A stretch of DNA of 64,000 bases from positions 1 through 64,000 of the IMG/VR virus record IMGVR_UViG_2718218029_000001. One strand, written 5' to 3'. Position numbers and translations under genes: made by a program. The notes under the pieces were generated by a model. That model was not told where the DNA came from. It did not search any database and saw nothing but the letters and a program-made list of their open reading frames with translations. Positions within the stretch are counted from its first letter, which is position 1. Each line of letters opens with the position of its first letter. This document shows, in pieces, positions 1 through 11,257 of the stretch. The stretch comes from an uncultured virus (IMG/VR IMGVR_UViG_2718218029_000001) (lineage: Duplodnaviria; Heunggongvirae; Uroviricota; Caudoviricetes).

Positions 1-951
1 TTAGAAGTCATAGTCGCCGCTACTCATAGCTTCAGCATTACCCATTAGATAGCCAGCACCAACTTGTGAGAAGAAATCATGATTGGCCGTTTCGGTTGAA
101 ATTCCGTTCATTACGATTGGGTTGATATCTTTAATCTCAGCATTGGGGAAGCGGGATTCAAAGCCCATATTTTGGAGCGCCTTGTTGGCGTTGTAGTGAA
201 CGAATTGTTTAACATCTTCCGCTAACCCAATCGGCGCGTAAACTTCTTCGGTGAACGCAAACTCGTTCTCAAGGAGATCGTCGAGCAACTCATCCATCCA
301 CTTTTTGAATGTTTTTTGTTCAGTCGCCGATAGCTCGTTATATCCCAATTGAAATTTGTAGCCGAGGTAAGTACCATGAACAGATTCATCGCGGATCACC
401 AGTTTGACGACTTCAGAAAGATTTGCCAGCTTATTGTTACCACGGTACCAAAGTGGGGTAAAAAAGTTGGTGTAGTACAAAATTCCTTCAAGAAAGACGC
501 TTGCAACTTTCTTTTCAAGGTTGTTTCCCGTTTGATAAATATCATTGATCCGTTTGGCTTTGTATTGCATTCTGGGATTATTGTTCATCCATTTGAATAC
601 TTCGTCAACAGTGGCTTGATCGTTCAAAGATGTCAAAATAGTGCCGTAGCTTTTGGCATGAATTGACTCCATCATCAAAAAGTCATTGAGGACTGCTGCT
701 TCTTTTCGTGTCCGAACGTCGGGCCGCATCACGTCGACTCCTTCTTCAGATTGGAGTGTGTCCAGCAAGGCTAATCCACCCACAACCCGATTGATAACCG
801 ATTTTTCGGTGCCAGAGAGTGTCCGCCAGTCCCGTAAATCATTAGAAACAGGTACTCGCGTATCCAGCCAGTATTGTGCCGTTGCTTTATCCCATACATA
901 TTCGTCAAGTTCGTCTTCGATGATGTCCCAATTAATTGTTTTATAGCTCAT
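1..951 (-). CDS. nrdF: Class Ib ribonucleotide reductase beta subunit (canonical)
   Basis: All metal ligands and the radical Tyr are present: LLDTLQ, MESIHAKSY, FLEG, IRDESVH; NHDFFS..GY motif and C-terminal DYDF tail. Confidence 0.95.
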   Translation of the reverse strand: MSYKTINWDIIEDELDEYVWDKATAQYWLDTRVPVSNDLRDWRTLSGTEKSVINRVVGGLALLDTLQSEEGVDVMRPDVRTRKEAAVLNDFLMMESIHAKSYGTILTSLNDQATVDEVFKWMNNNPRMQYKAKRINDIYQTGNNLEKKVASVFLEGILYYTNFFTPLWYRGNNKLANLSEVVKLVIRDESVHGTYLGYKFQLGYNELSATEQKTFKKWMDELLDDLLENEFAFTEEVYAPIGLAEDVKQFVHYNANKALQNMGFESRFPNAEIKDINPIVMNGISTETANHDFFSQVGAGYLMGNAEAMSSGDYDF

Positions 952-965
952 TAGTTGAATACTCC

Positions 966-1892
966 TTAAAAGTCGTAGTCGTCATCGGTCATTTTTTCAG
1001 TGTCCGATTCATTGTTTGCAGCCGTTACCTGTTGCAAAAATTGATTTTGATCAATCATCAGTTCTTTGAGTTGCGCCACTAGTGAAGACGGTTGAACTTC
1101 GTAGACAGCGTTAAAGCCAAGTGACATTAATGCATGATTGGCACCATAGGAGGCCAGATTGATGGCTTCGGTGGCATCGTCAAGGTTAGCTTCTAAGAAG
1201 TCTTTTTCAGTTTGCATGAGTTGATCAAACTGTGTATTAATCCAATACTGCAGTTCGGTTTGATCACTTACAGTGAGTTCTTCAAATCTGAGGCGAAATT
1301 TGTAACCAATATAAGCACTAAAAAGAGCGCTACCGCGGAGAATATTAGCCAACATTTGGTAAGTATTGACGAGAGCCTGTGTTTGAAGTATTGTCCAGTA
1401 TTTACCAAACGAGAGCCCAGTTTCAGTCAGAATAAAAAGGGCTTTTTTCTGTAAGGCCATATCGCTAGTGCTCATTTGGGCTAGTTGGTCAATTTCAGCT
1501 TGCAGATTGGCATTATCATCTGCCCAAGTAAAACTTTCACCGCCGTTACCCGGAATCAGAGCCCGGAAAATGGTCGTACAGCTTTTGGCATGGACTGATT
1601 TCATAAAGGTAATGGTGTTTAATACGGATTCTTCTTGTTGAGTTCGCCGATCGTGGCGAATAGCAGGGGTGCCAACTTCTGATTGGTAGACGGCTAACAT
1701 TGATGTACCTGCCAACATACGAGTAATGGCCTGTTGTTGAGTATCTGATAGCTGTTGCCAAGCCGTCTGATCATTCGTGATGGGAATCCGAATGTCCAAC
1801 CAAAAGTTAGTGGTGAGTCGTTCCCACATGTATTTATCGAAATTATCTTTAATATCATCCCAGTTAATTGCTTTGTAGTATAAGTAGTCCAT
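966..1892 (-). CDS. Degenerate NrdF-like beta subunit lacking most metal ligands and the radical Tyr
   Basis: Collinear with NrdF (YKAINW, NFWL, YIGYKF, DDDYDF tail), but LLDT->MLAV, MESIHAKSY->MKSVHAKSC, RDESVH->RGSALF. Confidence 0.85.
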   Translation of the reverse strand: MDYLYYKAINWDDIKDNFDKYMWERLTTNFWLDIRIPITNDQTAWQQLSDTQQQAITRMLAGTSMLAVYQSEVGTPAIRHDRRTQQEESVLNTITFMKSVHAKSCTTIFRALIPGNGGESFTWADDNANLQAEIDQLAQMSTSDMALQKKALFILTETGLSFGKYWTILQTQALVNTYQMLANILRGSALFSAYIGYKFRLRFEELTVSDQTELQYWINTQFDQLMQTEKDFLEANLDDATEAINLASYGANHALMSLGFNAVYEVQPSSLVAQLKELMIDQNQFLQQVTAANNESDTEKMTDDDYDF

Positions 1893-1998
1893 CGTTATTT
1901 GTTCGTCTCCTTAATTAGGATTCATGGGTATATGGGTCTTGTGACCCAATAACGTATGCCGGTGTGTTAAACGGACGATAAGACCCCAAGTGAATTTC

Positions 1999-4167
1999 CT
2001 AGATCATGCATGATTCACATTCATTTGCCGTTTTAATTTCATCGTCTTCTGTAAACGTTCGAATGTAATAAAGTGACTTAATGCCTTTTGTCCAGGCGTA
2101 ATTCCGTAACCGGTTAAGGTCTCGGGTTGTCATCTTTAAATTGTTATTGTCCTTCCACTCGTAAAGGTCAGGTTTCAAAACTGAACGCATAAATAGTGTC
2201 AGACTCATGCCTTGATCAATGTGCTTTTGAGCTACGGCATAGGTGTCAATAATTTTTCGTTGATCAATATCATATGCGGGTGTGTAGTAAGGCAAAGTTT
2301 CGTTAGACAGGTAAGGTGCTGGATAGAAGATTGAGCCTACCTTATTTTCCTGACGTTGTTCTACTAATTGTGTGATTGGATGAAGTGATGCACTTGTTTC
2401 ATTGACGTACGAAATTGACCCGTTCGGTGCCACAGCGAGTCTATTACGATGATAAAGGCCGCCAGTAATCACAGCTTGCTTGAGTGCCTTCCAATCTGTA
2501 ACAGATGGTAATTTAATATTTTTGAAGATTTTTGCAACTTTGGTACTCTTAAATTTAAAGTCTGCGTTCAAGTATTGATCGAAGTAACTGCCATCAGCGT
2601 ACTTTGATTGGTCAAATTTAGCGAAGGTTTCGTGGCGTTCACGGGCAATTCGATTGCTCGTAACGAGTGAATAGTAGTTTAAAGCTAGGAAGTAGGCATC
2701 AGTAAATTCAAGGGCCTCTGGTGAGCCATACTCAATTTGGTGGCGTGCAAGGGCAGTATGCAGACCCATAGCCCCTAATCCAATCGTGTGGTAAAGTTCG
2801 TTACCATGTTTAACAGTCGGTACTTCCTTAACGTCGGTTGTGTCAGTTACGAGGGTGAGCGCACGAACAGCAACCTCAACTGAGTGACCGAAGTCCGGCG
2901 AGTCAATCATATTCATGATATTAGTTGATCCGAGATTACATGAAATATCGGTGCCAATTGTCTTGTACGATAGGTCATCATCAAGTTTTGACGGTTCTTG
3001 AGGCTGTAAGATCTCACTACAAAGGTTACTCATAATAATTTTGCCATCGACAGGGTTAGTTTGGTTGGCCGTATCAATGTTCAAGATGTAAGGATAACCA
3101 GATTCTTGTTGGAGTTGAGAAATCTTTTGTTCTAGTTTCCGCGCGTTAAAAACTGACTTCTTAATATTGGGGTTAGCGACCATGTTGTTATATTCTTTGG
3201 TGATATCGATGTAAGCAAATGGCGTACGATATTCACGTTCGACATCATAGGGGCTAAAAAGATACATTGGTTCGTTAGTCTTGAGTAATTCATAATATTT
3301 ATCAGGAACAATCAAACCGAGGGACAAGGTCTTCACCCGAATTTTTTCGTCCGCATTTTCTTTTTTGGTATCCAGAAAATGTAAGATGTCAGGATGGAAG
3401 ACGTTGAGATAAACCACTCCGGCGCCGTTCCGTTGCCCAAGTTGGTTACTGTAGCTAAATGAGTCTTCAAGTAACTTCATCACTGGTACAACGCCAGACG
3501 AGGCGTTGGAAATCTGCTTAATAGGATCACCTGAGGCGCGCAAGTTTGACAGGTTAACGCCGACGCCCCCACCGATTCGAGATAGTTGAAGGGCAGAATT
3601 AACGCCGCGTCCAATTGAGAGCATGGAGTCGGCCACATCGATTAAAAAACATGATACCATTTCACCGCGCCGTTTTTTACCCGCGTTGAGAAACATGGGG
3701 GTGGCAGGCTGATAACGTTGTGAAATCAATTCATCGGCAACGTCATTGGCAAGTTGTTCATCACCATTAGCGAGATAGAGGGCATTGAAGACGACGCGAT
3801 CGACAAAGTCTTCCAAAAATTGCTGGCCATCATTAGTTTTCATGGCATATTGTGTGTAGAACTTGTAGGCACCGAGAAAGCTGCGAAAACGAAAGTGATG
3901 GTCTCTCATTTGGTCGAACAAGGACTGCACAAACTTGTGAGAGTATTGTTCCAGGATACTTGGATCGATATAATCTTCGTCAACCAAGTAATTTAACTTG
4001 GCATTTAACGAATCAAATTGCTTGGTCTTCGGTTTAACTGTCTCTTCGAAATAAGCCTTTAGGGCTTCTTGATCATAATGTAGCGGAATTTCTCCGTTGC
4101 TTGGGATATTTACGAGGTTATTTAAGTAAAAATAGGTATTTTCCATTTCTGGGGTGCTAGTTACCAT
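1999..4167 (-). CDS. nrdE: Class Ib ribonucleotide reductase alpha subunit
   Basis: QPATP, VSCFL, SNLCSEI, KSLYYIRT and C-terminal ECESC motifs. Confidence 0.97.
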   Translation of the reverse strand: MVTSTPEMENTYFYLNNLVNIPSNGEIPLHYDQEALKAYFEETVKPKTKQFDSLNAKLNYLVDEDYIDPSILEQYSHKFVQSLFDQMRDHHFRFRSFLGAYKFYTQYAMKTNDGQQFLEDFVDRVVFNALYLANGDEQLANDVADELISQRYQPATPMFLNAGKKRRGEMVSCFLIDVADSMLSIGRGVNSALQLSRIGGGVGVNLSNLRASGDPIKQISNASSGVVPVMKLLEDSFSYSNQLGQRNGAGVVYLNVFHPDILHFLDTKKENADEKIRVKTLSLGLIVPDKYYELLKTNEPMYLFSPYDVEREYRTPFAYIDITKEYNNMVANPNIKKSVFNARKLEQKISQLQQESGYPYILNIDTANQTNPVDGKIIMSNLCSEILQPQEPSKLDDDLSYKTIGTDISCNLGSTNIMNMIDSPDFGHSVEVAVRALTLVTDTTDVKEVPTVKHGNELYHTIGLGAMGLHTALARHQIEYGSPEALEFTDAYFLALNYYSLVTSNRIARERHETFAKFDQSKYADGSYFDQYLNADFKFKSTKVAKIFKNIKLPSVTDWKALKQAVITGGLYHRNRLAVAPNGSISYVNETSASLHPITQLVEQRQENKVGSIFYPAPYLSNETLPYYTPAYDIDQRKIIDTYAVAQKHIDQGMSLTLFMRSVLKPDLYEWKDNNNLKMTTRDLNRLRNYAWTKGIKSLYYIRTFTEDDEIKTANECESCMI

Positions 4168-4173
4168 TAGGGA

Positions 4174-4641
4174 TTACTCCTTCGTTGTTTGAAAACAAAA
4201 TTGATTGCGATAGGTTAAGATGGCATCGGCAATGCGAGGAATGTCGTGTGCGGTGCCACGTAGCTCAAAATCGGTAATGTAAGGAAAATCGAAGCGTTTA
4301 GCATATTGTTTAGCCGTGAGTGCAAACTGCTTATTAAAATTACGATTACCGCTACCGATAATACCGTAGCAATGCTGGTAATTGCCTTCGTACGCGAGGT
4401 AATCTCCCAAAATAGTGGTTAATATTTCAGTATAACCGTTATTAACCCCATTACCACCTTTAAGAAAGGCTGGTAGGAAGGTAACAAACGGCTGGTCAAG
4501 AGTGGTGAATTCAGGGTGTTCTTTAACATTAATTGAACTAACCCGAACATGACGTTCTTTCTCAAAGTATGTTGTCAGTCTGCTAATAAAATATTTCGTG
4601 TTGCCACTCAAACTGATGTAGAGAATATTTATGGTTTCCGT
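4174..4641 (-). CDS. nrdI: Flavodoxin-like NrdI
   Basis: (T)ETINILYISLSGNT...GSGNRNF...FELRGT; the frame extends to an ACG codon at 4639-4641 downstream of an AAAAGGA SD-like sequence. Confidence 0.9.
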   Translation of the reverse strand, partial: TETINILYISLSGNTKYFISRLTTYFEKERHVRVSSINVKEHPEFTTLDQPFVTFLPAFLKGGNGVNNGYTEILTTILGDYLAYEGNYQHCYGIIGSGNRNFNKQFALTAKQYAKRFDFPYITDFELRGTAHDIPRIADAILTYRNQFCFQTTKE

Positions 4642-4658
4642 AACTAATCATCGTCCTT

Positions 4659-4706
4659 TTTCTATATATAGTGGTTAGGCAATCATCATAGCACTATATG
4701 TGGTGT
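4659..4706. promoter_or_regulatory. Tandem NrdR boxes upstream of the nrd operon
   Basis: tttctatatatagtgg (4659-4674) and gcactatatgtggtgt (4691-4706) match acaCwAtATaTwGtg and are 32 bp apart. Confidence 0.8.
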
Positions 4707-5059
4707 CTATGCAAATTGGTGGACGATCTGATTGATCTAAAAATTGTGTTGAATATAAAGATTCATGCGAGGTGGCTAAAATGGGCCCACCGTTGGTATT
4801 TTAAGTTGCACTAAGAGACGATAAACGGGACTTTTAATGAATGGAAGCAAGCTCCCAGGACCTAGCTCACAGTTTGCACCAAAGGCCTTGTTATCAATTG
4901 AGAAGAGCACACTGTACGGTTCATGATCAAAAAATATTTTGATTATGTCTACTAGTTTTTACCTTTGTTTTAGTACAAAAAAACGTGCGTCCCCTAGAAC
5001 TATTAGAAAGTTAATTTAAAATAGTCGAAGGATAATTAAAGGCATGCTATAATGCGGGG

Positions 5060-5182
5060 AAGAAAAAGAAGCCCTGCGTGAACGGAGCTTCTCAGACAAG
5101 CCGCTTTAAAGGCGGTGGTCTAGATTACAAAATACATTGTCGCCTTGTAACCGACCAAAGTTACGCAGGGCGGGTTTTTATT
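5060..5182 (+). ncRNA. Putative type I antitoxin RNA (locus 1)
   Basis: TGcTATAAT at 5045-5053; converges on a holin-like toxin ORF; ends in a hairpin plus U-tract; homologous to the loci at 14.4-14.6 kb and 20.0-20.1 kb. Confidence 0.6.
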
Positions 5183-5267
5183 TGTGGTGCTTGTCGATAT
5201 AGCTGAGGAGTGCGATTAAAAACGGGCCAAACAGCAATATCAACGAGCGTGTCTGGAAGGCGCTCAT
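5178..5267 (-). CDS. Putative holin-like type I toxin, 29 aa (MSAFQTRSLILLFGPFLIALLSYIDKHHK), possibly attenuated
   Basis: Hand-translated; GGAAGG SD; near-identical to 19888-19977 but with R and P substitutions in the hydrophobic helix. Confidence 0.7.
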   Translation of the reverse strand: MSAFQTRSLILLFGPFLIALLSYIDKHHK

Positions 5268-5324
5268 TGGCTGTTAAACCTTCCTGAAGATTATTCCATG
5301 TTCACATGGCCTCAACTAGCAGGG

Positions 5325-6042
5325 GATCAGACTGTCATTTATTAAAAAGTGCAGCGACTTTTTCGAAATACGATTTATCTAATAGATGCTCATTATGTTT
5401 CATCTTTTACACCTGTTTCCATTTGGAATTCAGATAAGAAATCATGCATATACTTTGTTCGACGACTGGCTTCTTGCTTTCCCGTTCTGGTATTCATTGA
5501 ACTTGCTAATTTCAGCAGCTTTTCATAAAAGTGATTGATGGTTGTACTTTTGTGATGGCGATAATCATCGTGTGTTTTGATTTTCTTCACTGATATTTTG
5601 GAATCATATATTTCCTGTCCAGCGTGCCCGCCGTAAGCAAATGCACGTGCTATGCCGATTGCACCTAGTGCATCAAGTCTATCAGCGTCCTGAACACATT
5701 TACCTTCGTTAGAAAGCTGATAATGGTGTTCAATGTTGTCAGCATATGACATATGTTGGATAATATCTAAAATGTCTTCTCTAGCCGGAGTTGTAATATT
5801 CTCATGGCTAAGTATAATTCGTACTCCTCTCAGTCTATTCTTTTTATCTGCAGTGACTTTTTAGTCTATGGTGTCATGCAAATAGCTAGCTGCTTTCACA
5901 ACATACAGACCAATATCAGTTTCATTTTTTTTAAAATCTTCTATATATTTTTTTTGAGCTAGCTTAGACACTCTTTGGGCATGAAGAAAATCATGCCCAG
6001 TTGGATCAAAGGCCATATTTTCTTTAGAAAATGATTTTATAT
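5325..6042 (-). pseudogene. Truncated, frameshifted duplicate of the HD phosphohydrolase gene plus the 5' end of the SAH-hydrolase-like gene
   Basis: Near-identical reverse complement of ~16140-16860; start codon missing; frameshifted. Confidence 0.85.
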
Positions 6043-6594
6043 ACTATATTTAATCTATTTCGTTTAGTATCCTTTACTATATATAATAAGGAGGCCTCTA
6101 ATGCTAGTTTTTCTGTCAACATCATTCATACCATCCAATGATAAGATGTGGTCGCGAGTTGGCATAAATAAAAATCAACAATTCCCGCCATTGGCAATAG
6201 ATTTAGGATGACGTTCCCTTAATTTTAAATGGTGTCCATGGTCTTAGTTAAATTTTTCTTGTTTCTGCCCAATTGATTCAATTCAGTAACTATGACAACA
6301 CCACCTTAACAAATCATAATTTGGATAATAGTATGTTCCATTTGAAAGCTAAGCCTTATAATTAGCATAGGGTTAATAGCTCTAATCAAAATACCCACAA
6401 AAGGCCTGCTCAACTAACAATTGAGTAGGCCCTTTGTAGTACAAATTAATCCTTATCACAACTAACCTCAATAGCACAACAGGTATAAATAGTGCTTAAA
6501 ATCCCTAAATAAATTTCTCTCACAACTGTTTAATAAAGCGGCAATCCCCGTCGTACGTGATTAATTAAACATTCAATTCTTAAAACACCTATTT

Positions 6595-7149
6595 TTAAAT
6601 CGACTTAAACCGTCGCTGTTGCGTGCGTTTACTAATCCCCGTCTTTCGTTCAATCATCTTATAAGTCATGCCTTGTTTTCGCAACTCATAAGCAAATCTG
6701 ATCTGTTCATCAGAATACGTTTTCGGTCGCCCTTCCCGAAACAACGGATCATGTTGCTTGGCATACAATTTACCTTCTTGTGTGCGCGTGACAATCATAT
6801 CGCGTTCAAACTGCGCAAAGGCGCTAAATATTGTAAAGACTAATTGGCCAGTCGGCGTATTATCAATTAAGCCCATGTTCAAAATATTAACTTTGACATT
6901 TTCTTTAAACAACTCTTGGATAATGGCTAAGGCCTCGCGCGTGTTCCGTGCAAACCGATCCAACTTAGTGACAATCAAAGTATCGCCTGTTTTTAGAACG
7001 CGCAACAGTTTTTGAAACTCCGGTCGTTCGGTAGTTGTGCCGGTAAACTTTTCTTGAAAGATTTTTTCTGCTCCTGCCAATTTTAGTAACTCAATTTGAT
7101 TTGCTAATTTTTGATCAGTGGTACTGACCCGCGCATAGCCATATTTCAT
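6595..7149 (-). CDS. Serine recombinase (resolvase/invertase)
   Basis: YGYARVST catalytic Ser motif, KLDRFAR, C-terminal HTH. Confidence 0.95.
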   Translation of the reverse strand: MKYGYARVSTTDQKLANQIELLKLAGAEKIFQEKFTGTTTERPEFQKLLRVLKTGDTLIVTKLDRFARNTREALAIIQELFKENVKVNILNMGLIDNTPTGQLVFTIFSAFAQFERDMIVTRTQEGKLYAKQHDPLFREGRPKTYSDEQIRFAYELRKQGMTYKMIERKTGISKRTQQRRFKSI

Positions 7150-7526
7150 CTTTTTATCTCCTTATTTATGTCATTAAGTAATGACATGGTTCTAACCCTT
7201 TAATTATACAGCATCAAAAAAGAGGCCACAACTGTTAAGTTGTGACCTGTTTCGTTCCATTTAAACACTTTAATTATCACATATTCAAAACGTCAAAAAA
7301 TTTGTATCTAAATATATCTAAGCTTTTTTAATGGTGAGAAACTTTGCCACTTGCAATGCTCGATTAATTACTTAGGTATACAAAATGATTATTGTCACGA
7401 GACTAAAATAATCTTAATGTTTAAATTTTCTTCACTTCAATAAAAGACCGGCCTGCTCAAACCCAAGGGTTTTAACGGACCGATCTTTATTTACATTAAG
7501 GCATCTTTACTTACTTTGAAAAACTT

Positions 7527-7964
7527 TTAATTTATCTTAGCCAGTTGTTGTGACAAAGTTTCCACTTGTTTAGCCAACTTCTCCAGATTGTGACTCTGGT
7601 CGAAAGTTTTTAAGTTCGCTTGCACTTGCCGAAAAACCTTTTGGACTCTTTCTTGGCCATTAACAGTCAAAGTTAGCCGAACAATTCGTCGATCATTTGG
7701 ATTCACTTGTGATTGAATTAAATTATCTTGAATCAATCGCCAAGTATTCCTGGAAATTAGTGTGCGCGTAACCATGAATGCATCAGCTAATTCACTAGCA
7801 GTAGCTTGCCCATGTTGTTCAAGATAGACTAATATTCTCCACTCACGCATTGAAAATTCAGTTTTGGCCAGTCCTTGCACTAACATCTGGTATGCCTGTT
7901 TCTGAATAGCTTGCAGGGTTGTTAAGCTCTCAAACTGGTTCTTAATTTGCTGATGATTTACCAT
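7527..7964 (-). CDS. MarR-family transcriptional regulator
   Basis: wHTH with DRRIVRLTLT motif. Confidence 0.85.
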   Translation of the reverse strand: MVNHQQIKNQFESLTTLQAIQKQAYQMLVQGLAKTEFSMREWRILVYLEQHGQATASELADAFMVTRTLISRNTWRLIQDNLIQSQVNPNDRRIVRLTLTVNGQERVQKVFRQVQANLKTFDQSHNLEKLAKQVETLSQQLAKIN

Positions 7965-8347
7965 ATAATATCATCCTATTCTTTGTACTGCCGCTTAGTC
8001 ATTCCGAAGAGTTATAACAAACTACTCATGGCTAATAGTAATAAGCCCCTCAGTGTCATATGTCGTTGGTCAGTTTCATCAGTTCGAGGCAACCATTGAT
8101 CTACAAAATTAGTAGCCTCTGTTTGACCAGCCTGAACCGGCTTAGCAGCATCGTTGATTGGCTCGGGTTAATAGAAACTCTAAAATCTGTCGATAAACTA
8201 TTTATAATTCTTATTATAATAAATTGATTCAAACTCATTATGAACGTTAGAAATATTATTAATATGCATTGAAGGTTAATTTTACAATCTACCTAAAACT
8301 AAATATAATTTTTCTAACTTAGTTGTTGCACTTAAACTACTGCATAC

Positions 8348-10384
8348 TCATTTTTCAGTCTTACTTAAGCTACCTCGATGATAAATTTTCTTTTGGATTA
8401 AGTATTGATCCTGATATTGAGTAATAAATAACGGAGAACTTTCTTCTATGACATTGCTAAACTCCAAACCATACCATGAAATAGGTGAGGCCGTAATTTT
8501 CTGCAAATAGATGCGCCCGCCAATCAATCTTCTATCTAACGAGCTTAACTGATCATTGGCAATTAAATCTGCTGGTTGTTCCTTTATAATAACAAACTTA
8601 AAGTCGCCGACTTTCCGTTGTCGCTCTGTTGAATACGTGGGTATTTGTGGTTCTAAAATACCTTGTTCCACTAGATGATTTACAATTTGATGTAAATAGA
8701 CACTAACGGATTGAGATTTCTTAAACCCTAAGTACAATTGAACGTTAACAACATTATGCGTCTCAAGTAAATCAACTGTATAATTACTTTCATAAGGTGC
8801 ATTGGTTTCATTGACTGTAACAAACCAATAAACTTTAGCTCTTTTAGGTTGTCTGTCGAGAATAGAATACATGGTACTACGCTTAATTTGGTAATCACCC
8901 TTAATTTTAGTCATATACACTAAGTTAGTCGTGAACAAAGGTACTGTATTGTCTGCGCTTAATTTAGAGAGTTGATCACGATAGTCAAGAAGTGAAACAT
9001 ACTCGCTTTCTTTCTCATAATGTTCTCTTCGTTTATTTCCAAAGTACCAAAGCCACATAATATAAAGAATGCCCAACATGATTGTTAACGTAACATAACC
9101 GCCATGAATAAACTTAACCAAACTTGAAATTAGAAAGATTAACTCAATAAAACCAAAAAACAAGGCAATTATAAGTGCTGTTCCCTTAGCCAGGTGTTTC
9201 TTTAAGAATTCATGCAAAAGCACAGTAGTCATAAGCATGGTAATAGTGATCGCTAAACCATACGCGGCCTCCATTTTTTGTGAACTACCAAAGAACCAGA
9301 CTGCACTAATTGTTATTATACATAGTATCCAGTTAACAGTTGCAATATAAATTTGATTTTTTATATTACTTGGATGTCTAATAACCATTCTAGGTAAAAA
9401 TTTTAAGCCAATTGCTTCATCGGCTAAAGTGTAAGAACCCGTAATCAACGCTTGAGAGGCAATAATTGCAGCGAGTGTGGCTAGCACAATGCCAACTAGG
9501 CGCCAAGTTCCGGGGAGCATTTCATAAAAGGGATTTAAGTTCGATAAGTTCCTGTAAGCAGTGTCACCTGCATGTCTAATTATCCAAGCCCCCTGACCTA
9601 AGTAATTTAAAAATAGGGTGCTATATACTAGTGGCCAGGTTACATAAATATTCTTCTTGCCAACGTGACCCATATCGGAATATAAAGCCTCTGCTCCTGT
9701 GGTTGCCAAAAAGATACTTCCAAGTATAAAGATTCCCACTTTGTTAACTGGACTGAATAGTATCCTAATTGCATAATAAGGAGAAATAGCCTTCAATATC
9801 ATTGGATAATTGATTAGATTAACGATTCCAAAGACAGCCAAAAAGCCAAACCATAAAATCATCACTGGTCCAAAGGATTTCCCAATCACACCTGTTCCAA
9901 AACGTTGAATCATAAATAATACGAGTAGAACAACTGTTGTGATAATCAAGACGTTATGTTGAGAATTACTAAACACCACAGGGCCAAGGTGTTGTTTTTT
10001 TAATCCCTCAATGGCTGAGGTCACGGTTACTGCAGGTGTTAATGTTCCATCGGCCAAAATAGCTGCCCCACCAATCAAAGCTGGCCAAATTAACCATTTT
10101 GCATTTTTTCGAACTAAGGCATATAAAGCAAAAATACCGCCTTCATGCTTGTTGTCGGCTTGCATTGCAATGACAACATACTTCAACGTTGTAATAATCA
10201 TTAATGTCCAAAATATCAAAGAAACTGACCCAATGACGTATTCTGGAGAAATATTTCCCATTTTACCGGCGTCACCAATCAATGCATTCATAACATACAA
10301 TGGTGAAGTGCCAATATCACCGTACACAATTCCTAAAGTAACAAGTGCCCCCGCAAAAGAAACACGTTCTAGTTGCTTATTCAT
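8348..10384 (-). CDS. kup: KUP/HAK/KT potassium transporter
   Basis: [17 protein letters not shown]-like [15 protein letters not shown] motifs. Confidence 0.95.
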   Translation of the reverse strand: MNKQLERVSFAGALVTLGIVYGDIGTSPLYVMNALIGDAGKMGNISPEYVIGSVSLIFWTLMIITTLKYVVIAMQADNKHEGGIFALYALVRKNAKWLIWPALIGGAAILADGTLTPAVTVTSAIEGLKKQHLGPVVFSNSQHNVLIITTVVLLVLFMIQRFGTGVIGKSFGPVMILWFGFLAVFGIVNLINYPMILKAISPYYAIRILFSPVNKVGIFILGSIFLATTGAEALYSDMGHVGKKNIYVTWPLVYSTLFLNYLGQGAWIIRHAGDTAYRNLSNLNPFYEMLPGTWRLVGIVLATLAAIIASQALITGSYTLADEAIGLKFLPRMVIRHPSNIKNQIYIATVNWILCIITISAVWFFGSSQKMEAAYGLAITITMLMTTVLLHEFLKKHLAKGTALIIALFFGFIELIFLISSLVKFIHGGYVTLTIMLGILYIMWLWYFGNKRREHYEKESEYVSLLDYRDQLSKLSADNTVPLFTTNLVYMTKIKGDYQIKRSTMYSILDRQPKRAKVYWFVTVNETNAPYESNYTVDLLETHNVVNVQLYLGFKKSQSVSVYLHQIVNHLVEQGILEPQIPTYSTERQRKVGDFKFVIIKEQPADLIANDQLSSLDRRLIGGRIYLQKITASPISWYGLEFSNVIEESSPLFITQYQDQYLIQKKIYHRGSLSKTEK

Positions 10385-10549
10385 ATTTGCTTGCCCCCAA
10401 CGCTAATTATTGAAATATAGCACTGCAAAATAGTAAGCCTAAACACTAAGAAAAGCAACTATGCCATATACATCATAATGAAATCACTTTAAAGAAGTTC
10501 ATAATTTACGATATACTGATTGAAACCATAAATTATGGGTCTTCTATTC

Positions 10550-11251
10550 TTAACTATCTAGTTGAACCATCTGATAACCGACTCCAATGTGTGTTTTAAT
10601 ATACTGATTCTGAGTATTAACTTCAATCTTTTTTCGCAAAGTTGCAATGGTCACTCGAAGAGAAGATGTATCTTCAACCGATTCTGTCCCCCAGACCTCT
10701 TTCAACAGATAGCGGTGTGTCAACACGCGGGAAGTGTTTTCAGCAAGAATAATCAAAACCTTATATTCGATTGGTGTTAAATGGATTTCATTTTGGTTTA
10801 CTTTGACCGTTTGTGAATCAAAGTTGATAGTCAATTCTCCATTACAATAATTATTAATATTGGTTTTTCCGTTGTTATATATTATGTTAGTCCTTCTCAA
10901 GGAAACACGAATTCTAGCCAGTAATTCATCAATAGAAAAGGGTTTTGTTAAATAATCATCAGCACCCAAATCTAGAGCCTGCACTTTGTCGGCGTCCTCA
11001 TCACGTGCTGAAATAACAATAATAGGTATATTATTGTTGGCAGCTCGTATTTGCTTAATAATGTCCATCCCATCCATATCGGGTAACATTAGATCAAGTA
11101 AAAGTACATCTGGTTGAAAAATTGGAATAAATTGGAGCGTTTTATTGCCATTTCTAGCTATGCCATACTTATAATCTGCGGATCTTAATGTCATTTGTAT
11201 TAATCGAGCTACTTCTGGATCATCTTCGACAATCAAAATTCTATTTTTCAT
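10550..11251 (-). CDS. KdpE-like OmpR-family response regulator; upstream region and cognate kinase gene missing
   Basis: MKNRILIVEDD, LLDLMLPD, GADDYLTKPF; the IS256 end lies 6 bp upstream of the ATG. Confidence 0.85.
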   Translation of the reverse strand: MKNRILIVEDDPEVARLIQMTLRSADYKYGIARNGNKTLQFIPIFQPDVLLLDLMLPDMDGMDIIKQIRAANNNIPIIVISARDEDADKVQALDLGADDYLTKPFSIDELLARIRVSLRRTNIIYNNGKTNINNYCNGELTINFDSQTVKVNQNEIHLTPIEYKVLIILAENTSRVLTHRYLLKEVWGTESVEDTSSLRVTIATLRKKIEVNTQNQYIKTHIGVGYQMVQLDS

Positions 11252-11257
11252 TTTTTT

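Noticed and set aside
966..1892. Class Ie (metal-free DOPA) RNR beta subunit
   Set aside because: The Tyr needed for the DOPA radical is replaced by Cys
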